DNA of 63,383 nucleotides, filler included, from Trichosphaerium sp. ATCC 40318 (Eukaryota > Protista > Tubulinea), in assembly GCA_038496445.1 (NCBI GenBank). It is 4 parts of 4 records of this genome, joined end to end, with 100 filler letters (N's around TTAATTAATTAA, not from the genome) between each part and the next. Parts side by side here need not be neighbours in the genome. Positions count along the whole stretch, not along the records: positions 47,429 to 59,167 come from JALMLS010000077.1; positions 59,268 to 63,383 come from JALMLS010000154.1; 2 more parts are not named here. One strand, 5' to 3'. Shown here piece by piece: positions 47,490-61,102 of this stretch (the first letter of the stretch is position 1; each line of letters opens with the position of its first letter). Below the pieces are notes generated by a model. That model saw nothing but the letters and a program-made list of their open reading frames with translations. It was not told the origin of the DNA and made no database searches. Both the position numbers and the translations under genes were made by a program.

Positions 47490-49050
47490 GGCACTACCGC
47501 ACCTTTAACGAAAAAACGGAAAAAGCGAGCCGGTGACGAGATTGACAGCGAGGATTCGCCGCTGAAGAAGAAGTTGCGCTACGTAGTCGGTAAACCATGC
47601 AATGTTGACATTGAAGCCACAAAAACTCCAACAGTATTACCTCTACCAGCCGCTGTCACAAACCTTAAAGCATGCTCCGATTGTAGCTGTCCACGACTTG
47701 GAAGAAGCGCACACTGACGGCAGTAGCTCTCCTTACCACGATGAATACTCAGCGCTTAGTGAAGCTAGAAGCACCGTTTCGCACGAGAGTCCCGATTCGG
47801 ACAGCGACAAGGACCTTAGTGAAAAGGAAGAGGAATCTGATGCAATGAGTGACGACCCGACTTACGACAACACTGTACAATGTGCAGTGCCCATTTCATG
47901 TCCACCTCGTGGCATCAAGGCAAAATCTATCCCAGTGTCACTTCCTACAAAAAATAGTAAGGAAACGACAGCACTCGTAGCGCCTGTTGAGTTTTCGATA
48001 ACGTTCAATCCCTCCAACGGCCTGCACATTTCCTTTAAAGAATTGGTACGCACCCACCAACCGGATAGATCACCAATGTTGAGTGTTGTACTGACAGAAC
48101 CTGTAGGTATGCCCTGGTTGTGGTAAGAACTTTACTTGTATGAAGGGAAGACAAGGACACACCGCCAAATGCGAGCCGTACATGAAATGGTACACAATCT
48201 TAATCGCACGGCAAATGTGATACTCACTGCAACCCACAGGAAAGAACACGAAGTCAAGAAGTATTTGGCAAAACGCAAGCTGCCTACTGCTGAGAGCTAC
48301 TACAAAACTGAAAAAAAACAAGAGACCTAAGAAAAGACGCAAAAAGAAGCACGTTTCGTCTCAATCCTCGTCGTAAGTCCTAACACTTGCACTGTTTTTT
48401 CGTTTTCGTATACTCACCTTTTTAACTCAAGGCGCACTGAATACACATTGAGGCCGCGACAATCAGGCGTCTCGAGTAGCCGCGTGCGTAGTAGGTACAG
48501 ATTGAGATCGCAACCTACGCCTGCCTATTCCTCCGACGAGGACCTATCAAAAACAGAGTTTGATCCGCTTCCTGTTCCAAGTCATGGGCACAGACTAAGG
48601 AAAAGAAAAACCTAAGAAAGGTAGTGAGTCTTGTGACTTTGCCCAGCTAGAGGTACGCTACCATCTCTATTTGTAGTGAGTCATACGTTGATTAACACTC
48701 TTTAGATACAACTTGAAGTTGCCAAGCTCATGGCTGAATTAACAGACGATGCAAGCCAACAAAGGAGCCCGAGTCCAAGTTCATGCTCTCGCACCAGCCC
48801 AAGCTCTTCAGAGAAAGAAGAACAACCTGAACCTTTAAAGGAGGAGCATCAAGCAACACTAAACGCTATTCATAAAATCAGATTATGTCTTCAAGATGCG
48901 TTACAGTTTGAGTTTGACGGCGACATTGTAAAGGAAACGGTACGTTGCGTCGTTTTTAATCATCACATCTTGTTTGCTTACTGGCATACTAGGACAAGTT
49001 TTGTTCTGCTATCATGAAAGGTCTACGCCATTGACCTTGCTTGGAGTTAA
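47490..49050 (+). CDS. Low-complexity, probably nuclear protein of unknown function (multi-exon, apparent frameshifts)
   Basis: Basic NLS-like and Ser/acidic tracts in ORFs 47478-47717, 47602-48126, 48136-48330 and 48730-49017. Confidence 0.45.
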
Positions 49051-49241
49051 TTTAATTGTACAGTATAATAATGTCCACAAAGTGTAACACTAGAAAAAAC
49101 AAGTAAAAACTAAATAATACATTAGTAGCGTGTAATTCACGTGAGAACAAAAAAAATATATTTATTTATGCATCTATTACAACGCGCTCAATATTTTCCA
49201 TCACGTGCACGAACTAGCGCCTATTTTACGCCACAAGAATT

Positions 49242-52114
49242 ATGATGACACGTGTAGATGACATTTTGTTTTGTTGCACGCATAAAAGTTCAGAAAAGAC
49301 CGCATTTGAAATCTTTTATCTCACTGACCTAATCCTCTACAAGTGTGACACAACTCTTTTGGGCATCGTTGAAACTGCACAGAGTGCTTCATGCATTACG
49401 TGTACAAAGTTGGCACTATAGTTACTCAAACGCCCTAATAAATGCGCTACAATGCATCGAGGTCATTGGTACGCGTAGAAGCATGAAATAACACCAATGA
49501 TAGATTGTTTGGTTGAATTACAGCATAGAGTTATCGCAACACGCTCAAAAAGCAGCTTAATAGCGCTGCAATTCGCCACCACGTGAAGGAGCTGGATGAT
49601 TGGTATCGCGTTTCAATATTGGACGATGAAGCCATCCCACCATCTGTCAAGCACGCTTTAACCGCACGTTTTATACCTAATATGATCTAGAAAGCGTTTT
49701 AACAGCTCAAGTGTTCGGTGTCTGACGTATGTGTACCCTGACCATCACTGGCAATCAAAAGGTAGCACAAAACATTGTCGCCAACAATTCAGTATAGTTA
49801 GAGGCGTATTGGCAGGATCGTGAGCACCAGGTGTCGCTATTGAACGAAATTGGAGAACGACTACGTGTCAAGCATCTGGATGCGTGGCGTCAGGTGGCTT
49901 CGTCACAAGTGCATCGCGCAGGTGGTCGTCCTGTATTGTACGTTATAGGGTAGCCGTATCACATTCGGCCTGATCATTACGCCAGGCCCGTCCTAATCTC
50001 ATTGTCGGCATAGGAACGCGCACAATGGTAATCTACAAAACGCAATAGAGCATGCATACCCCTACCACAGGTGGAAGAGTCGACCATACGGCACCTTACC
50101 GGACAAGGACGCGCATCGTCGGCGCTTAGAAACAATGGGTCAGGCCATGGGCATCAAAGTCATGGAGGATTGGTACACCAAAGGCAAGCCAGATATAGTT
50201 AAACACGGCGGGACACGCCATATTAGTGTACGTCCATACACCTCATCTCTTCTTTCTGTTTTTCCCACCTGACACGAGACACTTAGCCAGCATTATAACG
50301 GTTCCATATCACGCTGTCTAATGCGACTTTATCCACAGTACAATTGGCTTCCTTGGGCCTTCAGGTACGCAAGTGTGTACAGCCAGGTATTCTTAACCGT
50401 GGATTGCACGATATTAGTCACACGCCCGTAAATTACTGGAATAACACACGTGGGCTGCAGGTGTACCTGGAAGACGTTGCGTTTCAATACAGTATCAAGA
50501 CCATGGGCGAATGGCCAGATGCGATACGGAGCGATATGCCAATATCGAGTGGTATCGGTCCAAGTACGTAATTTTAGCCGGATTGGAGTCACATGTTCGT
50601 TCCACATACACTAACTAGACTCACTCTTTTTTTTGACAGTTATGGTTGTTTATCGAGGGCACTGACTGTAGCGTATCCAAATACCTTGGCCGTCATGGGC
50701 GTTCAAATGGCGACACTACTGGTTAGAAGAGCGACATCAAAAGGCGTACTTGCAACATCTACAAAAAAACAACTAAAATTGTCGAATGCTAAAGCATGGT
50801 ACCGGCACACATACAATAATCCAAATAGGCTGATTATTGTTCCAAGTATCGTGTTTCACTTGAGCAAATAGCACAACATGGTGGCCATGCATACAACGGT
50901 TTTGGCCTTCAGTGCTAGCATTGATAGAAACCCAAACACGAATGGCGCTGGGAACACTTTTCGTGGGTAGGCCAAAGCTACTTCACAAAGGCACGAATCC
51001 TCATCACTTTCGTTCTTTTGGAAGGCTAATGTTGTTGATAGTGCGCTAATAACACATTTACGTCAACTCTTCGAGGCGTTGTATTATCACTACATCATTG
51101 GGACTGTCAAGTAAAACGTCATAAAATTGATGATTTGGACCAAGCTAAAATGTGCCGGAATGAAAGCGTTATTCAACATCAGTCAAGGATAACATGTGCC
51201 CACATGGCATACCCACATCTTATCACAGGTTGTGAGGATTCAACCGTAGTAGCGTGGTACTGCAAATACCAACAGCGTCGCTTGAGTTTAGGTCAAGTGG
51301 TCGGTATTGGCTTAGAAAAAATGAAGGCAAGCTACCACCTTTACTGTGTTGTATGCTGACAAGGCCTTTTTTATTAGGTCTACAAACCATTTAGACTTAT
51401 CTATCATGGACATAGAGGGCCACTTGTAGTAGTGAGGGGCAATAACGACTTGGATATAATTGTGTCGGGTATATACTCCTTTTTGTGTACTTTCTTTGTT
51501 GATGATTTCTAGCGTGTACTGCTGGTATTACACTTTTACATTGTCTCACAACAGGCACTTATATAAGGACACTTTCAAAGAATAGAGAAGCACCAGTGAC
51601 CTCAATACTACTATCTAAACACGGCTACATAGTAACTTATGCTGCTAAAAACAAAACGTTGTCATCGTACACGTATGTAATCAGAACCAAGTCATCTCTA
51701 GAAGAATACTCATTTCTGTTGCTTTAGGGTAAATGGAAAACTATTGGCACAGTTCTGCTTGATGCCAAAGAGCTCAGTAAGCATGCCTGATGACGGCGAT
51801 ACGTTGGATATTGTACAGATGGAGCCTCTTTGTGATGAACGCCTCTTTGTCAGTGCAGGAGGACTACATGTTTGTATAAGACGTGTATATGATCTTAGAG
51901 CGATTCACTACTTTGATACAACTTCCTCACCAATTTGTTCAATGGCATTGGACGAATCACAACGGTACATTATCCGAAATCTCTTTGCTGTTTGGATGAA
52001 AAAAAAGCTAATGTATTTTGTGTTCATAGGGTTTTGTCGGTTGGTATGGTAGATGGTAAAATAGTTATTTATTATAAAAAAGATGGATCACCACTACTAC
52101 CTACCTCATTGTAA
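49242..52114 (+). CDS. Protein with repeated (L)DDWY...GG...AYP...W units and C-terminal WD40 repeats (possibly two genes)
   Basis: LDDWYRVS, LDAWRQV and MEDWYTK repeats; HQSRITC...LITGCEDSTVVAW and GHRGPL WD40-like exons. Confidence 0.6.
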
Positions 52115-52391
52115 ATAAAATTAATAATACAAACATAGACAGACAGCAACGACACTACTACCCCTTAGTCTAAAAAACAATCAAAAATAATATTCCTCAA
52201 CCACCATTTGTACGCACGTGGGAGTTCCAAAAAACCTCACTTTGCACGTGTTAGTTGTAATATCTTTCTGTCAGTGCGTTCTCTGAACGCAATTTCCTCG
52301 GAAAAACTAGCGGCAATTGAGTACTCCAGTGAAGCACAATTAAGTCCACTTTTCGGACGTTGCTCAAATAAACAGCCAGAACTCCTACATA

Positions 52392-53625
52392 ATGACTGAA
52401 GAAGCTAAAACAGTTTGGAAATTCGGCTATGGAAGCAATATGAGCCCTACAATACTCGCTGATAAAAAAAACGTTAACATTGTTAGTTGGGCAGCTGCTA
52501 CAGTTAAAGATTGGATTTTAGCGTTCAATCAAGGGCCTGGGAACGTTTTAGGTACGCGTAACACGCGAAATCGGTGAACTTATACGCTAAGTCGATCCTT
52601 GCTTCGCAAACATTGTCTTTAGCCCAGGAGATACTGTACACGGTGTATTGGTGCGAAAGCAGATTCAAGTCAAACTCGATTGTTAACAAGAGTCAAAGGT
52701 TGAGTTGACCAAAAAAGATGCTGATCGCCTTGACGAAGAAGAAGGTGGAGGCAAGTATTACACCTGCGAAAAGGTGCAAGCAACCACCTACGATGGTAGA
52801 TCAATACAAGCAGAGGTACTAAACAACGTGCACGTGAAAGCGTGGTGAAATCTAAGTCATTTTCGATGGCGCTTTATTGACTTAATCAAAGGCGTATATC
52901 AACTTGAAGAAAACAATTCCTCTTCGTATTGGGATATACCCGTCAAAGAGATACCTGGATTTACTATTACTTGGTGCCAGAGAATGCAAGTTAGACCCAG
53001 GTATGTTGGATTATTTGAAAGATATTTACATTGGTAAAATGTGTTTAGAATATATTGAGCTACTGGAGAGACATCCACACTATGTTCCTTCATCGTCTAC
53101 CCTTAAAAAGAGAGAAGCAATTCCACCTTTAAAAACCCTTAAAAAAATGAGTATCGCTGACCTCAAGGCAAGAGATGGTACCAATACGCGTACCTAAAAC
53201 GTTCCCAGGCCCTTGATTGAACGCTAAAATCCAATCTTTAACTGTAGCAGCTGCCCAACTAACAATGTTAACGTTTTTTTTATCAGCTGGGACATATCAT
53301 TAAGACGAAAAAAGGAGCATGGGTTTGGAACATGGAAAAGGGTCGTGACGCTACAAGACGTGGCTTGCTTCACTTCAGAGGCATGTCCATGGATACTCAC
53401 GATAGCGATGCACGACCATTCCCAATCGTTGCATCATTTACACCGGAGGAAAAAGAATATTTAATGTGCGTCAAACATTGTTTACTCTCGTTGTTATCTA
53501 GTTGTCTAACTACACAAAGGCAAAAATTAGATACTGCACTCTCCAAAGGAGAACTAGTAGGTTACCTGGCTGAATTTCAAGAGGATCAAGAACTTCAACC
53601 AAGTGTGGGTGATTACAAAAAATAG
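52392..53625 (+). CDS. Gamma-glutamylcyclotransferase-like protein with possible cytochrome-b5-like C-terminal part; interrupted by an inverted copy
   Basis: FGYGSNM, VHGVLVEL, RLDEEEG and PSKRYLDLLLLGARE; downstream KGRDAT. Confidence 0.8.
53185..53287 (-). repeat. Exact 103-bp inverted copy of 52458-52560
   Basis: Base-for-base reverse complement. Confidence 0.95.
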
Positions 53626-54032
53626 TATGATCTGATGGCGCTCCAGTACGCTCCTACCTTATCACATGGTTGAAATGACAATCGCTAACTGGAATTCGCC
53701 ACTGTAGGAGCTAGCAAACTGTGGTTACAAGTGGAAACAGTAACTAAAAACACAAAAATAAAGCGAATTTTTTGGTTGTGAAGATTGTACGGCTAAAATG
53801 TGTCACGTGTTTGTAGAAAAAGTTGTCCTTCAATAGACAAAAGAACCCTTTTAGAGCATACTAAGACATTTGGCTGTTATGTCAGGTAGCGAGCAAAACT
53901 GTGTTAAAGATTTTACCTCAAATAAGTTCATAGTGAGTCTGTAGACTGTGGGTGTTTTATAGTTTTATTAAGTTTACAAAATTCCATACCGCTAATTAAG
54001 TACGGCAGTATTCAGCTGTAGTTCCTTAACTA

Positions 54033-54581
54033 TTACTCAAAGTCGGACACGTGATTACTGAATGAGTTTGTAGAGTTGCCATACAAGTCGTCACGTATCT
54101 TGCGTACTGATACTAACCACTTTTTGAAGTAGTAGACAAATATAAAATACATCTCAATAAAGTATGCAACATAAAATAGTTCGGAGCGCCCATACACATC
54201 CACTACCACTGCACCAATATAGAGGACAGGTAATCGCAAAGAAGCAATCAATACAGAAATAGAAATTCCTCTTACAGTGAAGCATATCTTTTTGCCGGAG
54301 ACAGGTTCACAACCCTCCATCGAGACCACAAATGCAAACCCAATAAAAACAGAAAAGTTTATAAAGCCCGCTAATGCCATGATAGTGAAGATAAAACGAT
54401 CTTTGACATTATACAGCGCTCCGACTGCTGCTGAGTAGTAATGTATTCTAGCAAGCATGATAAAGAATACAATACTTGATATCCAGAACACTGGAAGCGC
54501 TATAGACTGCACAAAGTGAATACTTTCAAATAAACTTATTTGTGTAGCTCTATCCTTTTTACGACCATTCCTAGACTTCAT
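54033..54581 (-). CDS. Intronless multi-pass membrane protein, 182 aa
   Basis: ATG start, about four hydrophobic segments. Confidence 0.65.
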   Translation of the reverse strand: MKSRNGRKKDRATQISLFESIHFVQSIALPVFWISSIVFFIMLARIHYYSAAVGALYNVKDRFIFTIMALAGFINFSVFIGFAFVVSMEGCEPVSGKKICFTVRGISISVLIASLRLPVLYIGAVVVDVYGRSELFYVAYFIEMYFIFVYYFKKWLVSVRKIRDDLYGNSTNSFSNHVSDFE

Positions 54582-54808
54582 AGTGCCTATTTCGGACTTG
54601 TTGTCGTGTTTTTGTTTAAACCAAAGTAATACAGTGAGGCCTTCATTGAAATTAAGTTGACCCGAAACAATTCAGGTGAAACTTGACTGCTTTTGACAAA
54701 AAGATGTTTTTTACAAGGTGTTAATGTTGAATTTTGATTTAAATACTTTACAATAATACTGTACATTTTGTACTTTGGGATAAAACCCGTTTTTGTTTTG
54801 TGATAGCT

Positions 54809-57800
54809 TTAAGCTTCTTGAGATAATGTGTCTTTAAAAGCTTTAAGACCTTCCAATACCTTTGACATTAGAGGCCTCTGTTCAGGTTCACCAACCCAAC
54901 ACTCACGTATAAGTGTTTCAATCTCTGATGGACATGTTTGTGGTATAGTAGGTCGTAGGTTATCAGTAATGATAGCGGTCTTTACTTCCTACGCTAGTAT
55001 GAGAAATTGCCAAAGTAAAACACAAAAAAAAAAAAAAAAAAAAGAGTCGTGCCTGCATCTTCCACTCTTCAAAAACAGCAGTGTCACCTTCTAGAATCCA
55101 GCCTTGTTTACTCAATGACTCGAGCAAATCTTCATCTGCGAGCTGTTCTGGAGATAGTACTTCCTCCCTTCGTAGCAGGTATTCCACGTGTTCACCAAAT
55201 GGATAGTCTCTGACACAAAATGTTAAACCGAAAAAAAAAACTAGTATCGCAATTACCTTGACACCACTTCCCACATGAGAATTGCAAAGCTGTAAGTATC
55301 AGCACGTTCATCGTATTTGACTCGAGTCGACGCTAATATTTCAGGAGCTAGGCATTGAAATGTTTTGAGAGCTTCATCAAGAGGAATAGTGGTATACTAA
55401 GTACAAAAACATTAATTAGCATTTCGCAACATAAAGGAAATAGAGCAGGTACCTGAGCTAAGCCAAAATCACCAATTTTGGCAAGAATTTCTGCTCCAGC
55501 GTCGAGAGATTGTATCTAAGTTGATATGAGCAAGAACAATGACTAGAAATTTAGTGTATCGTACAAATATGTTAGGACTGCGAAGATCTCTGTGAATTAT
55601 AGGTGGCTTCAGTGTTTGTAAGTAGTTCAATCCGCTTGCAATATCAATCAAGATACGCGTGCGAATATACCAGGTAAAATCATCGTCAGAGAGATCCTTG
55701 TTGTTAAGATGATCATGCAACGATTTGTTTGGAATGTACTCCAAGATCATAGAAAAGTGAGGCTTAAACGTCACACCATACAACTTTACCAAGTTAGGAT
55801 GATCCAACATGCTATCGCATATTAGTTCCAAGACTCAATATGAATAACAGTTACCTCATTACTGACACTTCATGTGCAAATTCCAAAAATTTTTCAGTGT
55901 CAACATCTCCCTTAAGCTGTTTGATTGCAACTTCCTTTTCTCCGTTCATAACACCTTTGTATACAACAGCAAAACCACCTTCGCCAATGCGCTCCTCGGA
56001 AGTTAACTCATTAACTTGCGGTAAATGTACAAACGCAATATCAGGCGCGATAGCCTAAAAACACAACAGTCAACAATGATGCCTAAACACATGCTTTGTC
56101 CAACGAACCTTTACAGGAATCTCTTGATCCCCAACTTGAATGTTATCTTGACCACCAACGAAGGCCTCTACGACAGCATCAAGACCAACATCACGGTGAG
56201 CACACCGTGCTCCTGTTTCTGGATCCCAATACTCGACTCCAAGCTTCCGAACCATGCGATGACGGATTTGAAAATAATACGTCAATAACATGGCGTCCAT
56301 CTAAACATTTCAAAGAAAATTAGACAGATCAATCACCTTGAGCTAAATAAGGACGTACGCTAGCAATGATCCTAGCAAGAAGAGATCCTCCACTAGGAGG
56401 TTTGTGGCCAACAGGTTCATGAATAGTAATATCTACTCCATCTGGGATGATACTTATGATACCGTACTCCTCACCCATTTGAAATAGGATGCCTCGTGAC
56501 CACGACTGATGGCACACAACATCTGGTATTTGCATACACCGAACAGTCAGGCGTGAGAAGAATCCGTGTGGCAAAAAGTCTACAAGGTAGCTCCGCGTGT
56601 ATCGTACTACATTCTTTTCTAAGGTATTCAACAACGAGAACTCCTTGCATTGGAGGTTTGGTTGTTCAGGTAGCAAGCAAGGAACAATGCTAACATCATC
56701 ATCGCCTTAAAAATGGTAAGTTTCCAGTACCAAAAGAGAAAGAAAAGAAAAAAGAGGTGTGCATGCTAACCTTTCAATGGGAAAATGACCTCAAACATTT
56801 CTAAGAGCTCTAGTAGTTTTGGATGCATCTCTGCAGGGTACTGCTTCCAAATATGCTGAAGCATGTCGTGTTTTAATAAGCCATTGTCAATCTTGATCTT
56901 AAAACTGATCAACGACGACATCACGTTTGCCAACCATTGTGCGTCTAGAATAACGATTTCACGGAGTTTAGGCTAATAATACAGTTAGCTTGGAAATGAC
57001 AGTTTTGTAAATACCGTATTAAACCAAATAAGACTTCCAACATCGTGCATGAACTCTGTCATTGTCTCAACACTTTCAGGAATACATTTACACTTGACAC
57101 ATCTCTCTTTGAACTCATCTAATGGCATTGATGTGATCCCTTTGTCTCTGAATGTGGATAACATTCTGTCAACCTCCTAAGAACACTGTGAGTTGAACTC
57201 TCACGTGAAAAACTATAAAAGAGAAAGGGGAAAAACCCGAGTTATTACGCACAATGTAAAAGGAAGGCACTTCACGAATAATTGAAGATTGCTTTGTAGC
57301 TATTTCTCTTAGGATCTTTCGCACATTACTAATACCTTGTCCAGTTTTTGGAGAACAGAATTGCACAGATTTGATATTTGGATAGCGATGTTGATACTTT
57401 TTCATCTTTTTTGTTACTTTCTCCACAAACTCTGTTGTGCATTTCGGGTCATCCTAATAAAACATTATAAGTCATAAAAGCCATGATACAAATAAGTATA
57501 TAGGACGTACACGATGTGTGCCAACGAGTACAACAGGTATTAACATATCCAATAATTTTACAGTCTTGAGCCAGTATTCCAATCTGGCATTGTCTTCATT
57601 CACCATATTGAACACCAACACATAAATACTCCTTCTAGACAGAAAGAACTGATGTGATGGATAGAACACCTACACAAACAAGGCATTAAAAAGGTGCTAC
57701 ATTTCAAAAGGTCGTGCGTACCTCCTGTCCACCAAAATCATAAACTCTGCATTCGCAAGTTTTACTTACAGCGATCCTAAAGGTGCACTGTTAAAAATAC

Positions 57801-59167
57801 TCTATTCTAACTAATTGGGGGTCTCGAAGTAAAAGTTTGACGTACTGTGACATGTCAACACCATCCGTGGAGATATTTTTAGGATACTTCTCCTTCTGTA
57901 AACGCTTTATCAAGTGCGTTTTTCCAACGTTTTCTTGCCCAAGAACAAGCAACTTGAGAATATTCCAAGGAGCAGTACCAGCGTCTATACTAGCCAAGTA
58001 CTGAAGTAGTTTCTTTGTGTTCTTTTTGAGTATCTCTGGAGGAATAACAAGGAATGGGTTGTCACTCACTGACAGCTTTTCAAGGTGTTCAAACGTAGAT
58101 AACTGTGCAGGCAGCCTTTCAAAAAAAATTAAAGGGATATTTATGATATTGCATGATGATGAGGGGTACCTTATAAAATTGTTTTTGCTTAGATTAAGCG
58201 ATTTCAGGCTTGTCAATTTCAGGACCCATTCAGGTACATAAGGTCTTAGACCTAGACCTGACAAATCTAGGCGTGTTATATCGTCTACTGGACTTCCAGC
58301 GTATAACAAAAATTCAACCCAATCTGACTTTATGTCGTAACTGTTCTTGATGCCATGCAGTAGTGCACCTCTGGAAAAAAAAATCAATAAACCAATCACC
58401 TAGAATCTACACGTACAATGGCGTTCTTCCACTAGAATTTTTAAGCTCTATAGAAGCACCTTGGTTGATAAGGTATCTAACAACTGGTTTTTTACCAATA
58501 TCAACTGACTTGGATTGACACACTTAAAATAAAAGCATTAACAACATAACTATATCATCTAACAAACGCACCATGATGCAAGGCAGTATTTCCTTTGTTA
58601 TCAATAGCGTTAACTTTCCCACCACATAAAACAAGATGTTTCAACACCTGTTTTTTACCAGTAAGGTTAACATAAAAACATCAAGTTTCTCAAAAAACGT
58701 ACCTCAATTCGTCCGTTCTTAGCCGCTAGAATTAATGGCGTAATGCCATTTTTTCCTTCCTTGAGTGGTGCTTTCCACTTCAGTAGATCCTGGATTTTTA
58801 CAGTCACACACGTGCACAGCAAAAACGAAAAAGAGCAAAAAGAAGAAGTGACTTACCTTAACAATACCGAGTGATCCTCTTCGCATGCTTTGCATAGTAA
58901 TGTGGATCCATCCTCAAGTATCGCAGTAGCGTCTGTTGGATTGAGAGCAAGCAAAGTTCGGAACATATCTTCGTTTCCATATTTCACAACAAGCGCTAGC
59001 GTCTCTGCGGTATCAATGTCGCACCACGTAAAAATTTCCAAGAGCACGTCCACGTGATTTCCATCAATAGCAACAGAGATTGGAGATTGAGCCTTGTTTC
59101 TATTTCAAGAGAATGAGTACTTTAAGTTACAAACTAGTACAACGTACCCGACAGGATCTGCTCCATA
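54809..59167 (-). CDS. Roco-family kinase (ankyrin-LRR-Roc-COR-kinase), 5'-truncated
   Basis: Ankyrin GNTALH, LRRs, Roc GQENVGKT/STDGV/DFGGQE/VGTH, COR LPHGFFSRL, kinase GEGGFAVVYKG, HRDLRSPN, DFG. Confidence 0.95.
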
Positions 59168-59267
59168 NNNNNNNNNNNNNNNNNNNNNNNNNNNNNNNNN
59201 NNNNNNNNNNNTTAATTAATTAANNNNNNNNNNNNNNNNNNNNNNNNNNNNNNNNNNNNNNNNNNNN
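59168..59267. other. Artificial contig linker
   Basis: N-TTAATTAATTAA-N. Confidence 0.97.
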
Positions 59268-61102
59268 AATCAAACAAAATATGCATGCCTAAAATGTGCC
59301 ATATGCATGGAAAATAAATGTTTCCAAAATGTGCCCAAAACATCAGTACTGGAATCGGGATTTTGACCTGTACTAAACCCGTACGGAACCCGTACTTTTG
59401 ACCCGTACTCAACCCGTACGGGTTCCGTACTTTTGACCCGTACAAAACCCGTACGGGTTCCGTACTTTTGACCCGTACTTAACCCGTACGGGTTCCGTAC
59501 TTTTGACCCGTACTCAACCTGTACGGGTTCCGTACGGGTTCCGTACGGGTTATAATAAATTGTCATAATTTTTATTTTATGTTTCTTTTAGTTGTTGCAG
59601 ATAGTGTTATAAAGTATTTTGTGTACATTTCTATATTGTTATTTATTAATTTGGGATAGTATGTTCATAATGGTTTTCTAAATACACATTTTGTTCCATC
59701 GGATCAGGCACTATAGCTATATTTCCCAGAATGTTGCCTGATGTAATACACACAGTGTTAAAGTCATCATCTACACACAATCTTTTGACATTAGTTAATT
59801 AACAATTCAGATATAATATTATATTGAACCTTGATAATTGTGTAATTGTATCATATGGTTGGTTGCTGTCAACAACCAATGCATCTCCAAATACAAATAT
59901 GTCATCACTGTGATCACAACATTGTAAAATATCTGTCGTAGCAACATAAACAAATTTGTGTTTAATACAAGGATGGTGTGCTTTAAACCATGTTTTCCGA
60001 GAGCACATAATAACTAAATCTTTGGCAGTGTGGTGCAATCCATTGTAAGTAGCAAACATACTTTTTGGCATTAATACTCCTTGATTAGTATCACGTTTGA
60101 AAATAAATTGTTCAGCCTCTGTCAACTTTCTATTATTTTCTCTGGATGCTATGAAATTTTAAGATTTTTGAAGATGTTACTGCAATACGTACTCAACTTC
60201 CAATGATGTACTGTAATACAAGATTTGTCATAAGAAAAACCATATGATTTGAAAATAGAAGTTATTTGTTCTTCACTAAACTTTAATTGCATGTGTGTCA
60301 ATTCTTTATTCATCAATTCTCTAATTTAAATCAGTTGTTTGAAAATGTAAGAAAAACAACATACTGTATTTTGTTTTTGTTTTTAATGCTCTTTTTCCAA
60401 TTTTTGATCGTTTTTTGACGCCGTTCACAAGCATAAGTGCTTAGATAAAAATTAATATGCATTACTTATAAATACATACCTGAAGCTTTTAAAAGTACCA
60501 AATTGTTTTACCATAAAGGCATAATGGAAAGGAACATGAAAATTACAAGTGTCCATGTTTAAAGCTTGTTTAATATTGATTAATATTATTGTATAACAAT
60601 AATTTTACCTGGAAAAGACTGTTTCAGTGCATTGTACACTTTTTTGTAGCTTTCAATAAGATTGTCAACTTCTTCACATGTAAGTTTTGGCTTTTGAGTT
60701 GTTTCTATGTATTTAAGAAATAAAATCCTTACATTAATTAATATTTAAAAATACTGTTATTTGTACCATGTATCCATTGCATCATTATCTTCTGGATTAT
60801 AAATCCATTCTTGTTCTTCATTATCAATGCTACTTACAGCAATGTCTTGCAAATCATCGGATTTGGGCAGCAACCCTTTGAAAACCCATAAAATCATACG
60901 TAACATTGAACGGCAGTCAGTGCCATCCCAGGATTTTAAAGATAATTCTGAAGAGTTGTTCCAAATTGGCTTGGTTCTATTAAAATATAAGTATTTATGA
61001 TTATATTATCATACTTTGCTATATGTACTCCATGTAAACTTTGATATTCATTTATTTGTAAGATTATTAGACAATTTATAGACACTTACACAAAAATTAG
61101 CA

